DNA of 42,023 nucleotides from Saprospiraceae bacterium (lineage in GTDB: Bacteria > Bacteroidota > Bacteroidia > Chitinophagales > Saprospiraceae). Positions 29,029 through 37,684 of the stretch are shown here, one piece after another. The position numbers and the translations under genes were made by a program. The notes beneath the pieces were generated by a model. It was not told the DNA's origin. It worked only from the letters and a program-made list of their open reading frames with translations, and did not search any database. How positions within the stretch are numbered: position 1 is the stretch's first letter; each line of letters begins with the position of its first letter. The DNA lies in NCBI GenBank assembly GCA_044227375.1, contig JBGAWX010000001.1, positions 1-42,023 of the forward strand, given 5' to 3'.

Positions 29029-30456
29029 CTAAGAAACCATAGTTGCAGCCACTTTTATTTTATCCACCATAGTATACAGCCAGTTTTTTTCAATCAGCCG
29101 GTTGTCTGCTTTTATGGCAATCAGCCAGGTTTCTTTTTCCGATTTACTCAACTGTCTTGTTGCGAATAAGCGATTGGCTGTTTGTAAAAAATTGGAATAA
29201 TATTCTCTATGGTATCCAAGCTTCTTGGATCGCTTAATTAAATTCTTGGTAGCCTGAATCTGATTGTGCATCAAATCGGGTTCGTGTATTTCGTAATAAA
29301 TTTTTATCATCTCAACACGCGCATTCAATTCAATGAGCGGATCCTTGAAAACGGAAGTATTGAGCAGATAAAGTGCTTTGGAATATTCTCGCTGCTCTTT
29401 ATATATTTTCGCCAGGTTGAACTGGTAAATGGTATTGCGATCATCCGACTTCACAAGACTTTTATATTCTTCAAGCAATCGGATCGCTAAATCCAAATCA
29501 TTCATTCGTATGCAAAGTGCAATGATATTCTTATAAGTCAAAGAACTCATTACCCCATAATCCAATAACCAACCATGTTTAACACAATGCTGATATAATT
29601 CAAGTGTTTTTTGAAAATAAGAAGTGTGATTCTGGTTTATTTTCCGAATACAGTAATTCAAAGCGGTGAGATAAATCTGCCGTCCACGCTCAAAATCGAA
29701 ATCACCTTCGAACTGCCTAATCATTTTTAAATACTCTTCAAAAAAATGATCTTCACCAGGAAGTTGATACATCTTCAAGGCAAGTAAATATATCTTCAAC
29801 TCTGGAAATCGATCCCAATTTAATTCTTCCGCATATTTCACCCAGGACAACAACATTGGATATTCATTACTGGTATCACTAATTGCTTCATGTGACAATT
29901 GTTCCAGGTATATCCTCATTCGTTTGATCATCGCTGAAACTTCAAGGGTTTCCGAACTCTCTTTAAAATCGAAATTGCTAAACCGGTTTTTAAAAGATTT
30001 ATAGGTGAGCAACTCCATGTCAAGCCTGCCATGATAATCATAAACATCCGGATCCCAGTTTCTCTTATCCTGAAATTGTTCTTTCAATGAGGATGCCTGA
30101 TTTTCAAAAAGATTAATCAATTTGGATTTTCGCAAAAATCGAATGAAGGACAATTCTTTTTCCATAGACAATCCTTGTTGTTCTTCTATATAAATGAAAT
30201 TTTTAAGCTGCTTCAATAAATCAGAGAACAACAGTCTGAGTTTGACATCAGTAAATTTTTCATTTGGATATAAGAAACCGAATAATTCAGGTTTAAGGTG
30301 TTGTATTTCTTTGTCCTTCAGGGTATCTATTTTCTCAATAGCTTTTACCAGCTTGACATTGGTATTGAAATAAGCAGAACTGAGATATTTGATAAAAGCC
30401 TGTTTTTGACGCTTATTTAATGTTAAATACAGCTCTATAAATTGAGGATTTTTCAT
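29029..30456 (-). CDS. Hypothetical all-helical (TPR-like) protein
   Basis: 475-aa ORF with no signal peptide. Helical repeat-like composition in the C-terminal half. No family recognised by eye. Divergent from the T9SS gene at 30608. Confidence 0.6.
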   Translation of the reverse strand: MKNPQFIELYLTLNKRQKQAFIKYLSSAYFNTNVKLVKAIEKIDTLKDKEIQHLKPELFGFLYPNEKFTDVKLRLLFSDLLKQLKNFIYIEEQQGLSMEKELSFIRFLRKSKLINLFENQASSLKEQFQDKRNWDPDVYDYHGRLDMELLTYKSFKNRFSNFDFKESSETLEVSAMIKRMRIYLEQLSHEAISDTSNEYPMLLSWVKYAEELNWDRFPELKIYLLALKMYQLPGEDHFFEEYLKMIRQFEGDFDFERGRQIYLTALNYCIRKINQNHTSYFQKTLELYQHCVKHGWLLDYGVMSSLTYKNIIALCIRMNDLDLAIRLLEEYKSLVKSDDRNTIYQFNLAKIYKEQREYSKALYLLNTSVFKDPLIELNARVEMIKIYYEIHEPDLMHNQIQATKNLIKRSKKLGYHREYYSNFLQTANRLFATRQLSKSEKETWLIAIKADNRLIEKNWLYTMVDKIKVAATMVS

Positions 30457-30574
30457 AATATCTAATACATAATTTTATTTTATTATACTGTTATTCAGTA
30501 TATTGTAATTTATTCACGCTTAAAATAGCCTACAAATTACAATTTTTTTATTTTCTACCCGAGTAAGTATAGGA

Positions 30575-30582
30575 TACTTTTG
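30575..30582 (+). promoter_or_regulatory. -7 promoter box (TACTTTTG)
   Basis: TAnnTTTG match 26 nt upstream of ATG 30608. Confidence 0.45.
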
Positions 30583-30607
30583 TTCATTGATATAATTGGC
30601 CAAAACA

Positions 30608-32806
30608 ATGAAAAGATTTATCAGACAAAGTGTTTTAGCCATGGTAATCCAAATAGGAGTGTTAACCGGAATTCATTCCATTTTCGCTCAGAATTCAGTT
30701 ACCATGTATTTAATCGACAAAGGTTGGTCGGGAGATACCAATTATATCGAACTGAGATGCAGCCGATTTCAATTTATTTCTTCAATGCATTTCTCAATCC
30801 GCGAACAAAGTTTTAATGGAACATTTTTCTCTATCGATCAGATTGGCATTCCCAATTTTCAAGCGATCACTAATTATGTATTTGATGGTAGTGCTTTAAA
30901 TATTACCTGGGATTCTCCTATCATCGGTTATCACAGCCCTGACGGCCAGGCTCTGTTTAGAATGAAATGGATTTCAAATCAAGCGGCCAAACCATGTTTT
31001 GAAATTTTTAATAATCCAAAGGCAATTCGATTCAGGAATTTATTATTTGATACTTCTGTAATAGTCAGCCATACTTCATGTGAGTCGTTAATTGCCATTC
31101 CAAGTTTTTTCAATGCCTATATCGATGCCAATCTCAATTGCAATTACGATCAGGAACCACTATTTACTACATATACAGTTATCGACAGCTTCAATCAAAA
31201 CAAACATATTTACAAAAACCCTCAATCTTTAATTTATGGAAAAGCGGATTACGGAAGACATCATTTTATAATCATCCCGGAGTACCCGGTCTGGACCTCC
31301 TGCAACAAGGAACAAATCATCGATATTGATTCGAGCACCAAAGTCATCAATCTCGATTATGGCATTCAGGCTTTAATCTCATGCCCACAATTAGTAGTAG
31401 AAGTGCATGCTCCTGTTGTGAGGCGCTGTGTGGATTTCAAATACTTTATCAATTATTCCAACAGTGGAACGATTGCAGAAGACTCGGCAAAAGTCCTGAT
31501 CAAACTGGATCCATTTATGAGTTTTATTGCTTCAAGCATTCCAGCTTCAAAGATTCAATTACCTTTTGTTGAATTTAACCTGGGAAGACTCGATGTTTTT
31601 CAAAAAGGTGAATTCAACATTACGGTCAATATTGATTGCAATTCTACAATTGTTGGTCAAACGCATTGTGTGACTGCACAAATGCTACCACACTATGATT
31701 GTATAAAATCTCCATTGTGGTCGGGTGCCAGTATAAAGCTCGATGCCAGTTGTGACACCGGTAAAGTAAAATTCCGAATTCAAAATGCAAGTGGAGAAAA
31801 TATGCAGGATCCGATACAGTACTGGATTGTGGAAGATGATATTATGCCGGGATTAAAAAAAGATATTAAACTCAATGCCGGTCAATTTACCGATCTGGAA
31901 TATCCTGCTAATGGAAAAAGCTATCGAATACTTGCCGATCAAGTAAAAAATCACCCAGGCCATTCCAATCCGACGGTAGCTATTGAAGCATGTGGCAGAG
32001 ATAATTTCGGAAATTTCAGCACAGGATATTTTCTAATGTTTGCTGAAGATGAGGAAGATCCTGATATCGCAATTGATTGCCAGGCTTCACGAGGATCCTT
32101 TGATCCGAATGATAAAACCGGGCTTCCATTAGGATACAGAGCAGAACGATTCATTGAGCCGAATCGATCGATCGAATATAAAATCAGATTTCAGAATACA
32201 GGAAATGACACTGCATTCAAAGTGATTATTGTGGATACATTGAGTGAATGGATGGACTTAACAACGCTAGTCGTCTTAGGTGCATCTCATCAATTTAGTT
32301 TCAGTTTGGTAGATCGGGTCTTAAGTTTCCGCTTTGACCCGATTTACCTTCCTTACCAGGCAATCGATGATGCCGGTTCCAACGGTTATGTAATTTATTC
32401 CATTCAACCCAAAAAGGAAGCCCCATTGAAAACTGTCATTCATAATGATGCAGATATTTATTTTGATTTTAATAATCCAATTCGAACAAATACAACAACA
32501 CATACACTGGCCACGGATTTTATTGTAGTATCTGTGGAACCAGCCGATCCTGACAACACTATTGTAAACATTTATCCAAATCCAGGGACAGACTATCTGA
32601 TAATTCAATCCGATCGGATGTCCATGGAAAAGGATCTGGTGATCTATGATGTATATGGCCACAAAGTCATATCCCAACGATTGTACGGAAGGGTTTGTAA
32701 ATTCTCTTTACAAGATGCCTTGTCAAAAGGTGTTTATTATTTACAACTTAGAGATTTACAAAACCATACCTACAATGCAAAAATTGTAGTAGGCACTAAA
32801 GAGTAA
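30608..32806 (+). CDS. Large T9SS cargo protein of unknown function (DUF11-like repeat region, FDPNDK motif)
   Basis: Start moved to ATG 30608 (MKRFIRQSVLAMVIQIGVLTGIHSIFAQ signal). Central region GEFNITVNIDCNS..VGQTHCVTAQ resembles the 'conserved repeat domain' fold. Motif RGSFDPNDKTG. C-terminal sorting domain IYPNPGTDYLIIQ..GVYYLQLRD.. Confidence 0.7.
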   Translation: MKRFIRQSVLAMVIQIGVLTGIHSIFAQNSVTMYLIDKGWSGDTNYIELRCSRFQFISSMHFSIREQSFNGTFFSIDQIGIPNFQAITNYVFDGSALNITWDSPIIGYHSPDGQALFRMKWISNQAAKPCFEIFNNPKAIRFRNLLFDTSVIVSHTSCESLIAIPSFFNAYIDANLNCNYDQEPLFTTYTVIDSFNQNKHIYKNPQSLIYGKADYGRHHFIIIPEYPVWTSCNKEQIIDIDSSTKVINLDYGIQALISCPQLVVEVHAPVVRRCVDFKYFINYSNSGTIAEDSAKVLIKLDPFMSFIASSIPASKIQLPFVEFNLGRLDVFQKGEFNITVNIDCNSTIVGQTHCVTAQMLPHYDCIKSPLWSGASIKLDASCDTGKVKFRIQNASGENMQDPIQYWIVEDDIMPGLKKDIKLNAGQFTDLEYPANGKSYRILADQVKNHPGHSNPTVAIEACGRDNFGNFSTGYFLMFAEDEEDPDIAIDCQASRGSFDPNDKTGLPLGYRAERFIEPNRSIEYKIRFQNTGNDTAFKVIIVDTLSEWMDLTTLVVLGASHQFSFSLVDRVLSFRFDPIYLPYQAIDDAGSNGYVIYSIQPKKEAPLKTVIHNDADIYFDFNNPIRTNTTTHTLATDFIVVSVEPADPDNTIVNIYPNPGTDYLIIQSDRMSMEKDLVIYDVYGHKVISQRLYGRVCKFSLQDALSKGVYYLQLRDLQNHTYNAKIVVGTKE

Positions 32807-32865
32807 TGGACAGCAAAGAACGCTTGCGCTGTTCCGGTTGACCTTGTGACGAGGAATGAAACCAA

Positions 32866-32901
32866 AATCCCGGTATTTTTTCTTGAAAAAGTATCGGGAT
32901 T
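32866..32901 (+). terminator. 16-bp hairpin 60 nt after the T9SS gene stop, terminator-like but without a U-tract
   Basis: AATCCCGGTATTTTTT-CTTG-AAAAAGTATCGGGATT. Every position pairs, including two G-U pairs in plus-strand RNA. Confidence 0.45.
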
Positions 32902-32914
32902 CATTTGAAGTAAG

Positions 32915-32991
32915 AAGGCTGCCCCGTAGGAGTCCCTACCCGACCGGTCAGGCGGGCCTTCGGGATAGGCTAAAGTTATTAAGGCTGTAGG
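32915..32991 (+). repeat. Second copy of the composite dispersed element, with a 21-bp insertion
   Basis: AAGGCTGCCCCGTAGGAGTCCCT[ACCCGACCGGTCAGGCGGGCC]TTCGGGATAGGCTAAAG..AAGGCTGTAGG. Outside the bracketed insert it matches the reverse complement of 20826-20863. The insert has a GACCGGTC palindromic core. Confidence 0.8.
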
Positions 32992-33110
32992 AAGTATACT
33001 TTTTTTACTTACTTCCTGTGGACTATAAATACATAGACTAGAGACTACTAATTATAAACTGAATTATAATCCCTTTCACCGAACTCAGGGAATTCCTAAT
33101 ATTGTGAACG

Positions 33111-33143
33111 AAACCGGACCTTTCCAGCAAGGCCGGTTTTTTT
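33111..33143 (+). terminator. Rho-independent terminator, plus strand, with no annotated gene directly upstream
   Basis: Stem AAACCGG(A)CC / GGCCGGTTT with a 10-nt loop, followed by a T7 run (33137-33143). It lies about 305 nt beyond the nearest plus-strand stop codon. Confidence 0.6.
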
Positions 33144-33240
33144 ATAACACGGATTGCGCAGATGTTTAAAGGATATTGGGTACACTATGTTTTCTCTTTG
33201 GAGTTGCAAGAGTGTTTTTCTTTAGATGTGTTTGCTTTGC

Positions 33241-33597
33241 TTACAATTGACTAAAGTCAATTGTAAGTTATAGTTTATAATTGCAGCTTGATTTTTCTGT
33301 TTTTACTCATAGCATTATTTTAACTTTTGACTAAAGTCAAGGTATCATTTCTATACCCAAAGCTTGTAAGGTACTTCGATCATAATACTTTCACCTGATT
33401 CTTGAACAAGTCATCCTTTTTTATAATTGACTAAAGTCAATTGTTATTGATAGATGGTTGTTAAAGATTGATTTATTCTTATTCTTTTAGTATGTTTTAT
33501 GGTTTGACTAAAGTCAAATGAATAATTCCGTTTTCAAACTTGTAAAATTGATGTGATTATAATACTTCTACCTGATTTTTAAACAAGTCATCCATGG
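33241..33597. repeat. Diverged tandem duplication (2 x ~177-180 bp) carrying four TTGACTAAAGTCAA palindromes and a duplicate of the lysA 3' end
   Basis: 14-bp cores at 33247-33260, 33327-33340, 33427-33440 and 33504-33517. The first extends to perfect 11-bp arms (TTACAATTGAC-TAAA-GTCAATTGTAA). Segment 33380-33418 repeats 33557-33595, which is the lysA stop codon plus its last 12 codons. Confidence 0.85.
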
Positions 33598-34783
33598 TTT
33601 CTCTTTGACGGATCAGATAATGTTTTCCTTCATGAACCATGACTTCACAAGGACGAAAACGTGAATTGTAGTTGGATGACATGGTAAAACAATAGGCCCC
33701 TGCATTTTTAAAACAAAGGATATCGCCAGGATGAATTTCGGATACCACACGATCACTAGCAAACGTATCCGTTTCACAGATGTATCCTACGATATTATAG
33801 ACCCTTGGTTTTCCTTTTGGATTGCTGATGTTTACAATGTGGTGATACGAATTGTAAAACATTGGCCTGATCAGATGATTTAAACCGGAATCCACTCCTG
33901 CAAATACAGTAGATGGAGTTTGCTTGATCACATTGGTTTTAACAAAGAAAAATCCACATTCTGAAACCAGATACTTTCCTGGTTCAAAATACAATTTCAA
34001 TTTCCTTCCATAGTCTTTGCAGAACTGATTGAACGATGCAGACAATACTTCTCCCAATTCTTCGATGTCTGTTTGAATGTCATCCGGCTTATAAGGTACT
34101 TTTAATCCACTTCCAAAATCTATAAATTCTAAATCACGAAATTTTTTGGCAGTGTCATACATGATTTCCGAGGCAAGATTAAAAACTCCTGCATCGAGAA
34201 TATCGGAACCAGTATGCATATGCAGTCCATTCACTTTAAGTTTTAATGTTTCAACCAATCTCAATACCAAGGGCATCTGATAAATTGAAATGCCGAATTT
34301 GCTGTCGATATGACCTACGGATATTTTTTCATTGCCTCCAGCCATCACGTGTGGATTGATGCGGATGCCTATTTTTACGTTGGGATGATGGTGACCTATG
34401 TATTCAAGGGTTTCAATATGATCAATATTAATCTGTACCCCTAAGTTAATCGCCATCTCCACTTCATCCGGAGCAACACAATTCGGAGTATAGATGATTT
34501 CTTCTGGTTTGAATCCCGCTTTAATTGCTGTCCACACTTCCTGTATCGACACTGCATCCAAACCAACTCCCCATTGGTGAATGAGTTTCAGAATATTGAT
34601 ATTATTCAAAGCTTTACAAGCAAAGTGAATGCCCAAATCAGGAACATGAAATGCTGATTTTAGCCGATCAATTTGTCTTTTGATGATTGAAGTATCATAG
34701 ACATACAACGGGGTATGATACGTTTCGACTAATTCTTTTACAGGAATCCCCTGAATGCTGTACTGATCTTGTTGAAGCTCCAT
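33557..34783 (-). CDS. lysA: Diaminopimelate decarboxylase
   Basis: 408 aa. TPLYVYD. PLP-lysine region HFACKALNN. HMHTGS, EPGKYLV and GYICETDTF. Confidence 0.93.
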   Translation of the reverse strand: MELQQDQYSIQGIPVKELVETYHTPLYVYDTSIIKRQIDRLKSAFHVPDLGIHFACKALNNINILKLIHQWGVGLDAVSIQEVWTAIKAGFKPEEIIYTPNCVAPDEVEMAINLGVQINIDHIETLEYIGHHHPNVKIGIRINPHVMAGGNEKISVGHIDSKFGISIYQMPLVLRLVETLKLKVNGLHMHTGSDILDAGVFNLASEIMYDTAKKFRDLEFIDFGSGLKVPYKPDDIQTDIEELGEVLSASFNQFCKDYGRKLKLYFEPGKYLVSECGFFFVKTNVIKQTPSTVFAGVDSGLNHLIRPMFYNSYHHIVNISNPKGKPRVYNIVGYICETDTFASDRVVSEIHPGDILCFKNAGAYCFTMSSNYNSRFRPCEVMVHEGKHYLIRQRETMDDLFKNQVEVL

Positions 34784-34790
34784 AATTAAT

Positions 34791-34827
34791 AAGGCTATAG
34801 ACTTTTAGGCTGAAGGCTATAGGGATG
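34791..34827. repeat. Degenerate AGGCT-type heptad tract
   Basis: AAGGCTA TAGACTT TTAGGCT GAAGGCT ATAGGGA. It starts 8 nt upstream of the lysA start codon. Confidence 0.6.
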
Positions 34828-34933
34828 TAAAAATAAACTTATTAAATATATTTCGCACAATTCGGATAGCCTTAGTATTACCTTGTGATTGAACTGAAAA
34901 TTAAATTTCTATAATTCAGAGAACTTCAATAGC

Positions 34934-36229
34934 CTAATATGGTAATGCCTTCGTTTTACTCTTGGTCCATTTTTTCAATGCAGTATAGACGATTTGCTTT
35001 TCTGAATCCGGAAAATCTCTTATCCGGGTCCGGTGTCCTCCGTCATACTTAACCAATCTGATGGCATTGGTTTCCGGAGAAGGCTCAATCCCGCAAGACG
35101 TCCAGGTATCCAATCCACCATAGATGTATATGATATTTTTACTCTCATGAATTGCTTTGAGCTGCATTTCCTTAATATAATCCCCATGATAGGTCAGATC
35201 CGCATCCTTTGGACAAAATTCGAGATTGGAGAGATGGGGATAGACTAACAAATCACTGATTCCTGCTGTGTCAAATCCATAATACCCATATTCCGTCATG
35301 AACTGATAATACGCTGGTAAAAACTCAGCGCAGGATTTATTATCGTAATAATTAAAATCAACAACTTCTTCTATATGATCGAAGATGACTTGTGCATTAG
35401 CAGATTGATCAGGAATTTCAGCACAACCAAAACCCCATTGCCAAAAAGAAAACGGATATTCCATTGCAGTAAAATCAATGACTTTATCTTTGTCTATCTG
35501 AAAAATCACTTCATCTCTTTTCTCCAGTTCAGCCAGCATCACTTTCAATTCATTCCGGTGACTCAAAAGATTTCTTTGAAAATCCCTGACCTTTTGCCTG
35601 CATTCCGGAGTGCTTACTTTATTTCTATAATGCTCTATCGTTCTTTTATCTTCCTGTTCCAATACAAAAGGAGCAACGTAAGCAACAGCTGCTTTCACAT
35701 CATTCGGGTAAGTTAAACTATAGAGTGCTGTTGTGGTGCCTCCCTTGGAGACTCCTGTCACCACCCAGGTTTTTTTGTAGATTTTTGCTAGCTTGGTTTT
35801 AATCATGTGCAGATCTTCCAAAGCCTGCTTGTGATTGAGCATTTTCCAATTGATCTTTTCCGGTTTTGAAATACCAAAAAATCTGTATTCCACAGAAAAT
35901 TGATTTGCATCCAAAATCATAGAAGCTTCATAAATTCTGTCAATTACCGAGTAACCTTCTGTAACCAATACATTCGGATTTTTAAATGACTTGTGATACA
36001 ATAGAATTTTTTGCGGGAATAAACCGGATTGATCATTCCAGTGATCCAACTTTTGGTTTATGGTTAATTCCAAGCAGAATTCATACCCATCTCTTGGTTC
36101 ATTGGATTTAATGAGAACTCCGGGAAATTCTTTTTCGAGTAATGCTTTTAATTTTAATTCATCTGTTTTGCCCTTACCAAATGCAATTAAATTCAAAAAA
36201 ACAAAACAAAAGATTGAAATGTATTTCAT
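34934..36229 (-). CDS. Secreted alpha/beta-hydrolase serine peptidase, S37 (PS-10 tripeptidyl aminopeptidase)/S28-like
   Basis: 431 aa with a signal peptide. Nucleophile elbow VTGVSKGGTTTALYSLTYPNDV resembles the GxSKGG motif of the S37 family. The family assignment is from memory only. Confidence 0.65.
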   Translation of the reverse strand: MKYISIFCFVFLNLIAFGKGKTDELKLKALLEKEFPGVLIKSNEPRDGYEFCLELTINQKLDHWNDQSGLFPQKILLYHKSFKNPNVLVTEGYSVIDRIYEASMILDANQFSVEYRFFGISKPEKINWKMLNHKQALEDLHMIKTKLAKIYKKTWVVTGVSKGGTTTALYSLTYPNDVKAAVAYVAPFVLEQEDKRTIEHYRNKVSTPECRQKVRDFQRNLLSHRNELKVMLAELEKRDEVIFQIDKDKVIDFTAMEYPFSFWQWGFGCAEIPDQSANAQVIFDHIEEVVDFNYYDNKSCAEFLPAYYQFMTEYGYYGFDTAGISDLLVYPHLSNLEFCPKDADLTYHGDYIKEMQLKAIHESKNIIYIYGGLDTWTSCGIEPSPETNAIRLVKYDGGHRTRIRDFPDSEKQIVYTALKKWTKSKTKALPY

Positions 36230-36353
36230 AGTCTAAAATGGCTTTTAATTAAAAAATACGATTACCGCAAAGTTCGTGAAGGATTATGTCAAAGTCCGCG
36301 AAGAAAAAGTTAAAATAAATTTCCGCAACTCACAAAGATATCTTGATTAAGCA

Positions 36354-36436
36354 TTGCTTCTTGCCTATTGCTTCTTGCTCCTTGCTTCTTGCCTATTGCC
36401 CCTTGGCTATTCCCCTTGCCTATTGCTTCTTGCTCC
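36354..36436. repeat. Heptad tract, 12 units of TTGCYYN
   Basis: TTGCTTC TTGCCTA TTGCTTC TTGCTCC TTGCTTC TTGCCTA TTGCCCC TTGGCTA TTCCCC TTGCCTA TTGCTTC TTGCTCC. It overlaps the last codons and the stop codon of galK (36420-36422). Confidence 0.85.
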
Positions 36437-37577
36437 TTTTCTCCCCAACACCATTTCCAAACTTCGCTTCAAATACGTCCGGTTCATATCCGAATCGGTT
36501 ACGATATGCATTTGCAATTCCCGATTGATAAACTTGTTTGGCGGACTGCGAAATTAGATGCAAAGTAGATCCACCGAATCCACCACCCATCATTCTGGCT
36601 CCATAAGCAATTCCGTTATACTTTGCATAATCGACTAAAAAGTCCAACTCTCGACAGCTCACCTGAAATAGTTTTCTCAATCCTTCATGACCATCAAATA
36701 ACAAGTTGCCCATAGAGCCAAAATCCGAACGTTTGATGGCATCTTCCATTCCAATGACTCTCATGTTCTCTTCAAAGATGTATTTCAACATGTTGAGTTT
36801 TGATCTTGTAATTTGTGCGCTGAGCTTGTGAATCTTTTCTTCATCCAATTGACTCAGTGAAGAAATTCCAGAAAAATATTGTTTTGCAGTTTGCAATAGT
36901 TCTTTGCATGAATTCGAACGGGAGTTGTATTCAGTATCAATTAATTTATGCGTAACTTTGGTATCCACAATCAACCAACATACATCTGTGAACGAAACCG
37001 GCAAGTAAATGTATTTCCAATTTGAGCAATCGATCATTAAGGCATGATCCTTTTTTCCATTCATGATACAAATCTGATCCATCATCCCTCCATCAAGACC
37101 GGAAGCTTTTTCTGCCTTAACTGCATATTGCGTTAATTTTTCTTTGTCGATGTTTAACTCTGCAAATTGATTGATTATTGAAATAAATCCGCAAGTTATT
37201 GCTGAAGAAGAAGACAATCCGGCCCCTGAAGGAAGATCCCCGCCAAATGCCATTTTAAAATATGGCCAGGAATATCCCTGCTGTTTTAAGAGATCCATTA
37301 ATCCTTTAAAGTAGATTGCCCAATCCAGCCTGTTGTGTTCCTGAGTTGGAAACCAGTTGTTGCCCTGATTCAACGAAATGACTTCTGTCTCATGAGACGG
37401 TATGATTCCGAAATAAATGCATTTGTCAATTGTTGCGGGCATGCACAATCCCTGGTTGTAATCGGTATGTTCGCCGATGATGTTGATGCGACCGGGCGCT
37501 TTGAACATCAGGACATTTGTACTTGAAAGCGTGTCTCGAATTGAAGCAATATAAAATTCCGGATCGATCTGATTCAT
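36420..37577 (-). CDS. galK: Galactokinase
   Basis: 385 aa. Galactokinase signature GRINIIGEHTDYNQG. GHMP motif PSGAGLSSSSA. Confidence 0.92.
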   Translation of the reverse strand: MNQIDPEFYIASIRDTLSSTNVLMFKAPGRINIIGEHTDYNQGLCMPATIDKCIYFGIIPSHETEVISLNQGNNWFPTQEHNRLDWAIYFKGLMDLLKQQGYSWPYFKMAFGGDLPSGAGLSSSSAITCGFISIINQFAELNIDKEKLTQYAVKAEKASGLDGGMMDQICIMNGKKDHALMIDCSNWKYIYLPVSFTDVCWLIVDTKVTHKLIDTEYNSRSNSCKELLQTAKQYFSGISSLSQLDEEKIHKLSAQITRSKLNMLKYIFEENMRVIGMEDAIKRSDFGSMGNLLFDGHEGLRKLFQVSCRELDFLVDYAKYNGIAYGARMMGGGFGGSTLHLISQSAKQVYQSGIANAYRNRFGYEPDVFEAKFGNGVGEKRSKKQ

Positions 37578-37684
37578 TTTGTAAAGTTATGAATGCGCAT
37601 GAACACCACTTAAGAAATCGATCGAATCATTAATATTGATCGATACCATTAAGCCTTCCTCGCGCAAATAGAGCAGATAGCTAT

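Noticed and set aside
32857-32991. 44-codon ORF (MKPKSRYFFLKKYRDSFEVRRLPRR..)
   Set aside because: It is composed almost entirely of the terminator-like hairpin and the dispersed repeat element, so it is most likely non-coding.
33111-33143. Possible SRP (4.5S) RNA helix-8-like sequence (CCGGACC..GGCCGG)
   Set aside because: It lacks the conserved GNAR tetraloop and the AGCA/GGAA internal-loop motifs on either strand. It fits a plain terminator hairpin followed by T7.
33162-33254. 30-codon ORF ending in the first TTGACTAAAGTCAA palindrome
   Set aside because: No ribosome-binding or promoter evidence and no recognisable peptide family. I kept it only as something to re-examine if RNA-seq shows a plus-strand transcript here.
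36343-36568. Three overlapping plus-strand ORFs (36343, 36354, 36368)
   Set aside because: They are translations of the TTGCYYN heptad tract in all three frames (Leu/Cys/Pro-rich repeats). They also overlap the galK 3' end on the opposite strand.
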